The translations under genes and the position numbers were made by a program. A DNA stretch of 62,944 nt, counting the filler, from Reticulomyxa filosa (lineage: Eukaryota; Protista; Foraminifera): the NCBI GenBank assembly GCA_000512085.1. It is 21 parts of 21 records of this genome, joined end to end, with 100 filler letters (N's around TTAATTAATTAA, not from the genome) between each part and the next. Parts side by side here need not be neighbours in the genome. Positions count along the whole stretch, not along the records: positions 1 to 8,005 come from ASPP01024300.1; positions 8,106 to 14,977 come from ASPP01008289.1; 19 more parts are not named here. The stretch is one strand, 5' to 3'. Below the pieces are notes generated by a model that searched no databases, was not told where the DNA came from, and saw only the letters and a list, made by a program, of their open reading frames with translations. Below, one piece after another: positions 1 through 10,795 of this stretch. The first letter of the stretch is position 1. Each line of letters opens with the position of its first letter.

Positions 1-909
1 TACACATGTGCTTGGCCCATTGATTCGGCGGGGCAGCAACAACAGCAACAACAAGAGCAACAAGAGCAACAACAACAAGGGCAACAACAAGAACAACAAC
101 AACAAGAACAACAACAAGAGCAACAGCAACGGCAACAACAGGGACAAAATCAATCGCAATTGCGTAATAGCGGCAAAACGGACGCAAAAAAGAAAAAGAA
201 AACTCAACACAAAAATAAGGACAAAGAAAAAGATGGAAACAAAGACAAAAATAAAGACAAAGACAAACGTGGCAATAAAGGCAAGCAAATGCAATTACTA
301 AAAAAAGCAGACACTGCAAGTCAAGCAATAAAACAAGTTCGACGATGGCACGACGACAATGATGATGACAAACCGAATGCACACGTGCTACAAAGAGATA
401 ATAAAAAAAAGGCCAATGCAATGTCAAAAAGGAAGAACGAGCTGTTGGGTCTTGTGTTGAAAGACATATGTTCGACGCCTTATGGATCCGCGAGCTTGTC
501 CAAAAGCAAGCGGGATGGATCCCTCGTTGGCACTCGCAAAGTAGGTCCGCAAAAGCGTGCATTCGCGTCGATATCGTCGCCTTTTCACCGTGATTGGTCA
601 TCGGCCTCCACAGTGTTCGGCCTTACTCTCACGCCCACCTTGTCGTCCTCGTCAGTGTCGGCTCCACCCCTCCCTTCTCCAGCCGCTGTCTCCGTCGCGT
701 CCAATATGTCTCACGACAGCCGTGCCATCGCTTCGCCAATGCCGTCTTTATATATTCCGTCCTGTCATTTCTCTCCCGACCCAAACGCGCATTCGCATTT
801 ATTGCCAAGTGCAAAGAGAAGAAAAACGGTCACTGCTACGGCTGACGTTTGTGGGAATGAGTCGAGGCCTTCACGTTCCGTTTTTCATCTTGCACCGCAT
901 TTGGATTAG
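1..909 (+). CDS. 3' part of a low-complexity protein (poly-Q, K/D-rich, Ser/Pro-rich); function unknown
   Basis: Frame 1 is open from base 1 (YTCAWPIDSAGQQQ...) into ORF 160..909; the (CAA/CAG)n tract at ~33-140 encodes poly-Q. Confidence 0.55.
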   Translation, partial: YTCAWPIDSAGQQQQQQQEQQEQQQQGQQQEQQQQEQQQEQQQRQQQGQNQSQLRNSGKTDAKKKKKTQHKNKDKEKDGNKDKNKDKDKRGNKGKQMQLLKKADTASQAIKQVRRWHDDNDDDKPNAHVLQRDNKKKANAMSKRKNELLGLVLKDICSTPYGSASLSKSKRDGSLVGTRKVGPQKRAFASISSPFHRDWSSASTVFGLTLTPTLSSSSVSAPPLPSPAAVSVASNMSHDSRAIASPMPSLYIPSCHFSPDPNAHSHLLPSAKRRKTVTATADVCGNESRPSRSVFHLAPHLD

Positions 910-1939
910 TCTTACCAGCCTTTTGGAACAGGAGGAAGGAAGTGGAAGGGAGTGAGAGGAGGAGAAGAAGAGAATGGACAATATTTATGGATATATATAT
1001 AATTATCAAAAAAGAAGTGGCTCAAGAATTTGAAGACAAAAGTATCATGTGCCGAGCAAAAAAAAAAAAAAAAGGTGTGCTCATTTGTGATCCAACTGTC
1101 CCATTTGGTCCAACCATTTTGAGAACATAGGTGCGTTTCTCACTCTTTCTCTTTCCGTTTTTTTTTTTTTATTGGTTTGTTTGTCCATTTGTTTGTTTTT
1201 TATTTATCTTATTTATTTTATTTTATTATTGCTGTTCAAATTTAACAAACGTATCATATTTTAAACGCAAAAATAAATATAAAATAAAAATGAAGCAAAC
1301 ATTGGGAAAAAAAAAAAGACAAAACAAAAACAGAACAAAAAAAAAATAAATAAAGCAAGACGAGATCACAACGCTTCTTGTTCTCAGTTTTGTTACGTTT
1401 GACAAAAAGAACTTGAAACCGAGTGATTCTTTAAAAAAAATCTTGGTGCTTAAGGAAAGAGATAGAAAAAGAGGTAACGAGGTGTTGTCTTTTGGTGTGG
1501 CGACATCAATGTTAACAAATGGGCTAAGGAAGAAAAGGGAAAAATATAAGGATAATATTTTGTTCGCCTTGTTTGTTATTAATCTTGTAGTGTCTTCTTT
1601 TTTTTAATTAATATGATGAAGGAGTGACATTGCATGTTTCATTTGACTAAAAACAAATGATGTGAAGGATATCATCAAGCGACGAATTTTTCTTTCAAAA
1701 AATACAAAACAAAACGCAAAAAACATCATTTTAAACGATAAATTGACAAAAAAAGTTAGTATGCGGCTTTGGTCTACGTAAGCACTTTTTTTTTTTCTTG
1801 CCCTAACAGTCTGATCACCAAAATGAGTAAAATAGGTACGTTTTTGTTTTAATTTCATTTTGAGAAGAATAATCTTAGTTACGACGATATCATTCTGAAA
1901 AAAGCTTTTGAGAAAGAATAACTTATACCAACAACAAAC

Positions 1940-3478
1940 ATGCAACAATTAATAGGACAATATTTACAACCTAGAAAATTGAGGCTGTTATTAGCCTTGA
2001 CGGTGCTATTGACAGTGCTTGTATACGTAGGATATAACCTGTCAATACGAAAAGATGTGGATTTGAGAAAGTTGGCGCCGCTGGAAAGAAAACAAGACAG
2101 TGAAATAAGAAGTAATAACAAGTATTTGTCGTTTGCATCATTGTTACCAAAACAGATGGAAGACTCTCAAAGCATTGAACAAAACTTTAAACAAAAGCAG
2201 AGCAAGCCAATTTTTCCAAATCAAATGTTAATTGGACTAGGATGCAAAAAATGTGGTAGTAGTACATTGCATGGATATATTACCAAGTTGTTACGTGTGC
2301 ACACCAGTCTCGTAACAGCAAACAAAGCGCACTTATTTGGTGAATTACATTACTGGGATCGCACCTGCAAAAAGCAGCATAATTCCTCTTCTGTTTCGCC
2401 TTGGATCGTTACTAACTGCTCGTTTATAGACTATTTGACGGTCCAACATTTGCGAGGTGGCACTGCTGATCACACTACAGAGACATTAACAAGGTACGAA
2501 ATATTCGCCGAAAAATCGCCCTCGTATATTGCATCCCCGATTACTGCAATGGCCTTGTGTTACTACGCCAACCTTATGCAAAGTTATCACTATCCACTCA
2601 AATTCATTGTCATTTTTAGAGATCCTAGCACACGTTTGTGGAGTGATTTTTACCAAACGTTTACGAAATATTATGATCCAAGTTATTTTTATTTTCCTTT
2701 TACCCAGTTGTTTTTCTTCATTTTTAAAAAACTTTGTATTATACGTTAAAAAAAAATATTTGTACATTATATTCATCGTGAGTGCTTTTTCTATTTTTTT
2801 TTTTAAAAAAAAGAAGATGAATTGCAAAGCAAATTTGAAATTGAAATTAGTGATCATGTAGAGCAAATGGAAAAAATGAAGAAGTGGGATAGTAGCAAGG
2901 CAGCGTTGCTATTCATACCTCAATTAAAAGGGATGTGGAAGATAAGACAACTGCTTACGCACATATCATTGCTGGAGGAAATGGGCTTGAGCAAACAACA
3001 CATAAAAGAGACAGAAACGGAGACAGATGGTTCATTGGAATTTACCACAATCCAACTGTGGATCGATGTCTTTGATACTTTGTCAATGTTTACAAAAGAT
3101 ATTTTCAATGACAAATTGTTTACATTTGCTAGGGGTTGTTACTATCCCCAGCTGCTTTTGTATCTGACTCTGCTCAGTCCTGAATTTATTCGAACTGGCG
3201 CTCTCAAAGTCGTGCAGCTGGAACACCTCACTGCCTATCATACAGAGTATACACAACACTTTATCTCATGGCTTGGGCTTCGCTCTCATCTCACTGTTCC
3301 AAATTTCAATGTTACTATTACCTCGGCTGGGCATAAAGCCAAATCTCCAATACCACTGCAAACGCAATCACTTTTGAGGGGATATTACTTGCAGTGCAAT
3401 AACCAATTATTTACTCTTCTCAATAAGCATAAACCTTATCTTTTTTTTCTAAATAACTCTTTCCTTGAGTGGAGTTAG
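1940..3478 (+). CDS. Type II membrane PAPS-dependent sulfotransferase (heparan-sulfate sulfotransferase-like), 2 exons
   Basis: N-terminal TM LLLALTVLLTVLVYVGY; 5'-PSB motif IGLGCKKCGSSTL; ELHYWD; EKSPSY; 3'-PB motif FIVIFRDPSTRLWSDF. GT..AG intron 2682-2816 joins ORFs 1940 and 2822 in frame. Confidence 0.8.
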
Positions 3479-4458
3479 ATTAATACATTTGTATTTTCTC
3501 CATACGAAAAAGTGAATAATTTGGTCACACATTTCAATTGTTTAAACACTAACTTTTTGACACAATGAAAATGCATAAACTACATAAGCGCAAATATATA
3601 TATTTTTTATTACAAATTGTTCGATCATATCTTTCAGATATTTGTGACAATCACATATTCAACACATTGTACCAGAAAAAAACAAAAACAGACAATTTGC
3701 AATTTGCATTGTTCATTTATTCGTGTTAAATCATGATTAGCAAATTATAAATAAAACAATCTGAAGAATTAAATGCAAAAAGTTTAGGGATCAGCAATGC
3801 AAGGTAATAAAAAAGAGGTAATTATAAACTTTGGAGTGAGTCGGTAATTGTTCAGTACACTCGTAATTATCGTGTAAACAACAGCTCCAGAATTGACTGT
3901 TTTTGCTGGTCCTATCGCTTTAACAAATTGCAATTTTGCATTTCTTAAACAAAATTTAGTCTAGTTGTATTGTTGATGAAAATGAAAGTTCCACAAGCAA
4001 AATGCTTTTTTCAAAACCAAAAGGGAGTAACGAAGTACCTTCTTCAAAAAGTTTGTGGACCTCTTGTTTATCTCCTGCTCTCTTCCTGGTCATTTTTGTG
4101 CTTTTCTTTTAAAAGTGGCACTTTTCTTTATTTTGTTTTTTTGAATTTTGTTGATTCCAAACTTGTTAGCATTTTATTATTACCCCCAAAAAAACCAAGC
4201 GTTTATTAAAAAAAAATCGAGAAGATGTCTGATAGATTGACACGATATCCTATGCAATTGAAAAGCGATCAAATAAAGTATGTTTGCAAATGTTTTTTTT
4301 TTTTGTATGGGTGTGTTTGATTACTTGCCTTTCGGTATTTCGCGATTGGCATGAACCCCTTTGTTTTTTTTTTTTGTCCGATATCAAACATACAAAAATA
4401 ACACCAAAAAAAAAAAGAAAACAGTAAATTAGGTCCACAAACGATAAAGAAGCAACAC

Positions 4459-7089
4459 ATGAACGTGGATTATAGCAACAGTTGTATAAGTTCTCCGTCA
4501 TCGTTGTTGGCAAGTTCAATGACATCCTCGCCATCGACAATAAACTTGCAGCGATTCCATTCTCATTCTCCGTCTCACCTTCATCCACATGATTTGATGC
4601 ATCACCTCCAGACGATGAGTTTAGGTTCAACAAGTTCGTCGAGCAAAGTGTCGACACTGTTATGTCCAACTCCAATAAGTAGCAGTGACGACCATAGCAA
4701 TGACTACGACTACGACCACGACAGTGTAAGTGTAAACGTAAACGTTAACATCAATGTGAACATGAATGACGATGGACCGAAAATGAAAGCCAGTGACCGA
4801 ATAAGCAGCAAACCATTATCATCTTTGGATCCTCGAAGCGGCATTTCTGACGCGGATATGTCCAGATATTTCCGAATGTCGTTTGCGATGGTGAATGACC
4901 CTTTGGCAAGTGAAAAAACGCGAACGGTGCTCCCTTCTTCTTCTGCTCATCAGCTCATCATCCAGCCATCAGATGCATCCTTGGCACAAAGTGAGACGCA
5001 GCCCGCAACCTTGCAAATGACCGAGTTTGAAGATGACTATGCGACTGATGATGACGTCGATTCAACTGTACATGTGGGCGTGAATGGAAATACGAATACG
5101 AACATGAACATGAACATGAACATGAACACGAATACAAATACGAATACAAACCTGAATGCGGGTGCGAATCTGAGTGGAAATCTAAACGCAAATGCGAATA
5201 CCAATACGAATACTAATGGCAATGATAATGATAATGATAATGATAATGGTAATGGTAATGGCAATAGCAATAATCGCTCGCGAAGACAACCTACTTGCAA
5301 AACATGGATCAGTCCATTTCCTACTCGCAACGAAAACTTATATTTTTTTATGTTCCGATATAAAGTCCATGGCTGTCCATATCGTCGCAATTGCTCGGAA
5401 AAAGTGATTTGCGAACTGTATCATCACGACGGCGAGAAGCGACGTAACCCCGGTTTTGGGCCCAAGTTTTTGTATTCGGAGGAGGCATGTCAGCAGGTGA
5501 AACCAGTAGGGAGTGTGAAATGGCTCCCGCAGTCGCGATGTGCCAATGGAGACAAGTGTCAATATTCCCATACCATTTTGGAGCAAATGTATCATCCGAA
5601 CATTTACAAAACCTCGATGTGCATGAACTATACCAACCCTTCCGGAAATCGTTGCAAATGGGGGTATTACTGCACTCATGCTCATGGACAGCACGATATT
5701 CGACCTCCTGTTAATCGTCGCTCCACAAATGGCGCCAATCCTGTCCTCTCAGTCGGCTATGATCCCTCCTCCTCCTCCTCCTCCGTGTCGCAACGGCAGC
5801 AGTCTGTGCTCATTGCCAAGGCCGACATGACCGGCTTTGGGGATGAGAAACAACTCAAAGATCAGATTCAATTGCAACGCTTGCAACAAATCGAAGGTGT
5901 GAAAGCGTTAACACAAAAAGGAAATGAACGAAGAGAAGGACAAAGAGGAGAAGAAGAAGAAGAAGAAGAAGAAGAAGAAGAAAATGGTAATGACTTTGCG
6001 AAATTTGTCTTTTCCAAAGCACTTGAAACTATTGACAAAAACACTTTGAAAAAAAGATCGCTAGAAATGTTGGGACAAAGTACAACCACTGTCGTAGATG
6101 AACTTGGAATGTGCTTTCCCCGCTTTTAAATCAGGTCGACATGTCGTACAACGGGAGAAAATGTTTTGGCTAAACCCTACCTCTGAAACTCATTTAGCGT
6201 CGTCTTCCTCCTATTTGTCCAATGCTTATCACCCCAACGCAAATGCGAATGTCAACCATACACAAACCAAGGTCCAATATCAAACGAATGCATTTGGACA
6301 TAATACTAATCACACGAACAACAATGCCAATTGGGCGGACTCTCGTCTTTCTTCCAATCACTACTCATTACACCCTGGTGTCGATGACAAAGATGCTAAC
6401 ACCGCCGCAATGTTGTTGTGGTCCGGTGAAAAAGAGCCTGAATTCTTGGGACAATTGTCGCGACTGGATGCCAAATGTGACCCCGTTGGGCTCTCCGACA
6501 CGGACAACGACAGTGAATTGGGTGCCTTATTATTTCCAGTCAACATTGCATTCACACCTTCACCCCCTCCACCAACAGTAGCACCTGGGCCATCCTTGAC
6601 GTATTCTCACAAACTTAACGCCCAAAACAAAGTCGATCTCTGCTGGAACCACACCTCTTCCATCAAGAGTAGTCATCCAGGTCAGCCTTCCAGGCCCACC
6701 AAAAATTCTCATTTGCTCATCGATGTTAAAAAACATACTTGCGAAGGCTGTGGAAATACACCACAAGAGGTCATGCAAGTGCTAACCCCGTTATGTTTTT
6801 TTATTTATTTATTTATTTATTTTTTTTTATTCTTTCGAACAATCACATTATGCCTACGTGTCTGCGCATTTTCACTTTTTTTTTTATATACGTTTTTCTT
6901 TATTTATAAATAAAAAAAAAAAAGGGGGGCATGGTAAGTACGTAACGCCGCAAAAAAAACAAAACAAACAAATAAAAAAAAATAAACAGGTGTGATCACG
7001 TGTTGTGCAAGAACTGTCATTTAAATGAATCAAAGTGCTCCCTCTGTCATAACACCGTGTTTCGCACGCTGATATATGATTATCGTTGA
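4459..7089 (+). CDS. Unkempt-like tandem CCCH zinc-finger protein with C-terminal C3HC4 RING, 3 exons
   Basis: CCCH array (FRYKVHGC...YHHDGEKRRNP...CANGDKCQYSH..EQMYHPNIYKTSMC...CKWGYYCTHAH). In-frame introns 5897 (or 5987)-6134 and 6790-6989 give the RING CEGC...LTPCDHVLCKNC...CSLC, with stop at 7087-7089. Confidence 0.8.
5080..5275 (+). repeat. Coding Asn-rich microsatellite-like tract (NT/NM/ND/NG dipeptide repeats)
   Basis: (AACATG)n, (AATGAT)n and (AATGGT)n runs inside the CCCH gene. Confidence 0.85.
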
Positions 7090-8005
7090 AATACTTGTGA
7101 AAGTGTAAATAATTTTTTTTCTTTGAAGAGAAAAAAAAAAAAGATCAAGAAAAGGATAATGAAAGAAATAAATTTTGAAATAATTGCATCAAAAACAAGG
7201 TAGCCAACAACACAGCAAAAAATTTTTAATACAATGAAAGTAAAAAAAACTTATATCAAAAAAACTCTTTTTCTTTTTATTATGTTCAATTTTGTTGATT
7301 GTTGGTTTTTTTGTTTTTGGTAACATTTATAGTTTTGAGCACTTTTATCTTGTCTTTTTTTTTTCCTCCTCCTCCTTTTTGCTTTTCTTCCTCATAAAGT
7401 TTTTTTTGTTTCATTGTATGCAGTTTTAGAAGTTGTCCATAACCTTTGCTTTTTTTTTTATTATTATTTTTCCTTCTTAAGCAATAAAGAGGTGTTTTTA
7501 TTATTATTATTAACTTTTTGTTGTTTTTTTCTTTATCCAGGGCAAATAACAAAAACAAAACAAAAAATTGTAAAGGAACATATCAATTGTTTTCTTTTCA
7601 TTTTTTTTTTTTTGTATTTTTTGTTGTTAAAAAAACCTACCACTCCGCTGCTTGTTTTGTTTTGGCCCGTGGGTTATCTCCTTGTGTTCTCGTTTTACTG
7701 CTTTTTTTTCATTTTTTTGAAGTTGGCCAATGTCGTTTTTAAAATTGATGTTTGGATTTGGATTCTTGTGGTTATATGTGTTGAGATTAGTGGATTGTCG
7801 CCCTATTGTCCTTATTTTTTTTAATTAAATCCACTATCTTACTTTCAACACCCAAAACAAACTTAATTAATAACTATTATCTTGCGTTTATTGTTGTTTC
7901 TTTCAAATAAAAACGACGGATCTGATTTATGGTTAAAAAGCACTTGTTCTTGACAGAATGTGGTTTCATTACTTCGTTGGAACCGAAAGGGTTTTGAATT
8001 CCGGG

Positions 8006-8105
8006 NNNNNNNNNNNNNNNNNNNNNNNNNNNNNNNNNNNNNNNNNNNNTTAATTAATTAANNNNNNNNNNNNNNNNNNNNNNNNNNNNNNNNNNNNNNN
8101 NNNNN
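8006..8105. other. Artificial contig spacer (44 N + TTAATTAATTAA + 44 N); first of 20
   Basis: Identical 100-nt spacers start at 8006, 14978, 16271, 19087, 20499, 22454, 23713, 29120, 33397, 34519, 35694, 37315, 38982, 42273, 46343, 49034, 51321, 58600, 59742, 61508. The core gives stops in all six frames, and GC content jumps across several spacers. Confidence 0.98.
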
Positions 8106-8139
<34 letters not shown>

Positions 8140-8807
8140 TGGTCTTGAATTTGATTGAAACAAAAAATTTTTTTTTCTCGAAACTAATGATCACATTATT
8201 TTGCGAATTTGCGTTTTCATCTACTGACTCTTCCGCTTCAAATAACTCGTGAGTTGTTGTTGCATTTGCTTTTGCTGCTTTGTCTTTGTCTGTTTGCTCG
8301 GAGTGATTACTTGTTGTCGTGCTTAGATTATCGCTGGTTACCAACACATCCACAGGCTCTGTAACTTCTTTCTCTTCACTGCTTTCGTTTTCCTCTTTGT
8401 GTATTCATTCAAAACGAATTTTTTAAAGATATTTTTGTATGGCCTTTACGACAGTAATATCAAATTTTTAAAGATTGTCATGTAGTTTTTTTTTGGATTA
8501 TTTTGCTTTGAAGGACAGAAAAAGTGCCTTTGTTTTTATATTCAGATTTTGTCTCTTCACTTTTTTTTTGTTCTTTGTTGGGTTCTGCGTTTTGATGGTA
8601 TTCTGGTCTTTTCAAATCCGGGTGAAGATAATATGTTGCTTGGGGAAATAGCTCATTCGGATCAACGTAACACACACGACCATATTGCTTGTTCTCGATC
8701 GCCTGGCGGTACGTTGACGTCAGAAAGATTGATCCTTCGGACGGCGCAGACAATCTTGTTTTGGATTCATTTGTTACTGATTTCGTCTCATCTGTTGTAT
8801 CTGACAT
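8106..8807 (-). CDS. 5' part of a hypothetical acidic protein, spliced, truncated at contig end
   Basis: ORFs 8478..8807 and 8054..8353 are on the same strand and separated by AT-rich intron-like sequence; no recognisable domain. Confidence 0.4.
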
Positions 8808-9411
8808 GTGAACCTTCCTTTGAATGATAATAATTGAGCTCTAATGTTTGAGGACATCCTTGTGGTTCGTGATAACATAAAATGTTTAAATTGCAAGACT
8901 TACACTATAGTTAGCTTTATTGTGGAGTTTAGAGGCGTCAATTTCAAAAGAAATAATATCTTTAAAGATTGCAAAAAAAAAAGCCAGATTAGTAGATAAA
9001 CACTTTTAATATATGTTATCGTCAAAGTAAATTTGAAAGTGGAGATTTTACTTTTTGAAACATTTTAAATAGTTGGCCTTTCTTGCAAAAAAGTAGTGTA
9101 GATTTTGAGAAAGTCTTACAATAATGTTGTAATATTTTTTTGCATGATTTTAAGAGCTAAGCTATTCAGTATTTTATTGATGACAAGCAAATATTTTCTA
9201 TCTTAAAATATTTCGAAAGATAAAAGTTTTGAACATATGACCCAAATTACAATGCGTATTTCGAGTGTGGATATTGAAAAATTTAAATGCAATACAAACG
9301 AAAAGACAATGAGGAATAGTTAGTGGTACTACGGGGAAAAAAAAAGCAAATATTACAATTTGATTTTTATTTAAGGTGTTGGATAAGGAAAAAAGAAATG
9401 GTTGTTTTGTT

Positions 9412-10514
9412 TTATAAAAAGTTTTCAATAATAATGTTAAATTCCTTGATCCATCCATAGCGTTTCGTTTTGTTCAATCGAAACCAATGAGATAGGACAA
9501 CTTGAAGTTCTTCATTCGTCTATTTTTCAAGTGACAAAAAACTGGCGATAAAATAAGTATAGCTTTATCTGCTGAAGACACTTTAACTACTCCAATTAAA
9601 ATTTCCTTTTTAATTTTGATATGATTTTTTGTGAAGTGCTCTTCGTCCCATCCACCCACAATGTGCACAAATGTGTTCTCTTTGTTAACAATTGCAAACG
9701 CCCTGGCCATTGGCTTGGGTAATTTGTGTGAACACAATTTCCACTTTTTTGTTGTTGTCGAATACAATTGGATTTGATCCGAACATCTGCCGTCGTTCTC
9801 ATTAAATCCACCAAACACAACAACCAAATCTTTGATGCAAATGCAGCTGAAAGAAATTACATTGACCAAATTTGGACAAATACAAATTAGTTTGTAGTCA
9901 AATGTGCGCGTTTGCTCAGTATACGTTATATGCAAAGCACCATCTTCATGAAACAGTATCAACCCTGTGCTCACTTTTATGAAAGAAGTGAAACTCGTTG
10001 CTCTTTCAATTGGTAATACATTCTGTGCAACAAGCTCGAGAGACTTCAAATTGAGGACCTGAATAACATTTGGAGGATGAACAAGAAACAAAAACCCATC
10101 TTTAGAGCCACCAATGACCACACATTGAAGAGTCTCATAATGCAAGTTTTCAAGATTATCGATCGGGACGATTTCATTTTTTGGTTCGTTGCTCTCATCC
10201 CATACACTTTGATATTTCAATATCATCACTTGATTTTGAGGCTTGCAAAAAAACCAAATTGTTGCCTCGTGTTGTATCACTATAGTATCAAGTCGTGATA
10301 TAAAGGTTGGATACGCACAGACTCGCTTGTACTCATTTTTTAGAATATGATACGAAAAACAACCGCTGTTCCACAGCCCACCACAGATTATGATTTCGTT
10401 GTCAAAAAGTATACACTGCGGATTCCGGAAAAGACACGGCAAAGTTTCCAATGTTTCAAAATATGGCGAATTAGCCTGTCCTAATGACGAGTTAGAAACT
10501 TGATGGGTTTGCAT
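9412..10514 (-). CDS. Kelch-like beta-propeller protein with a C-terminal 35-aa module exon
   Basis: Kelch hallmarks IIICGG, VVIGG, VVFGGFN...W, HIVGGWD. Phase-0 intron 9590-9520 leads to terminal exon 9519-9412 TNEELQVVLSHWFRLNKTKRYGWIKEFNIIIENFL*. Confidence 0.75.
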
Positions 10515-10795
10515 TTTGTAAGCACACCCAGTTTTTTGTCAGTAAACTCTCCAAATTTAAAAATCAACTTTTAAAAATTTTATTGCAAAAGTGTCAGTTG
10601 CAATGTAAATCAGTTGATTTCTGCTGGCAGGATGTATAAAACAATGATCTTTGAACCATTAAATTTAGCTCCCTTTGAAGGATTATGTATTCTAAAAAAT
10701 AAAACAATTCTTTTTAGTGCAAATTTTGGGAAAACAATAACATGGCAAAGATATAGCAAGTTGGACGAAAGAAGCTCCTTTTTTTTGTGGGTCAA

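Noticed and set aside
7286-7824. Phe/Lys-rich ORFs in AT-rich DNA (also 1131..1349, 41668..42324)
   Set aside because: They are translations of poly-T/poly-A UTR or intergenic sequence with no domain signal.
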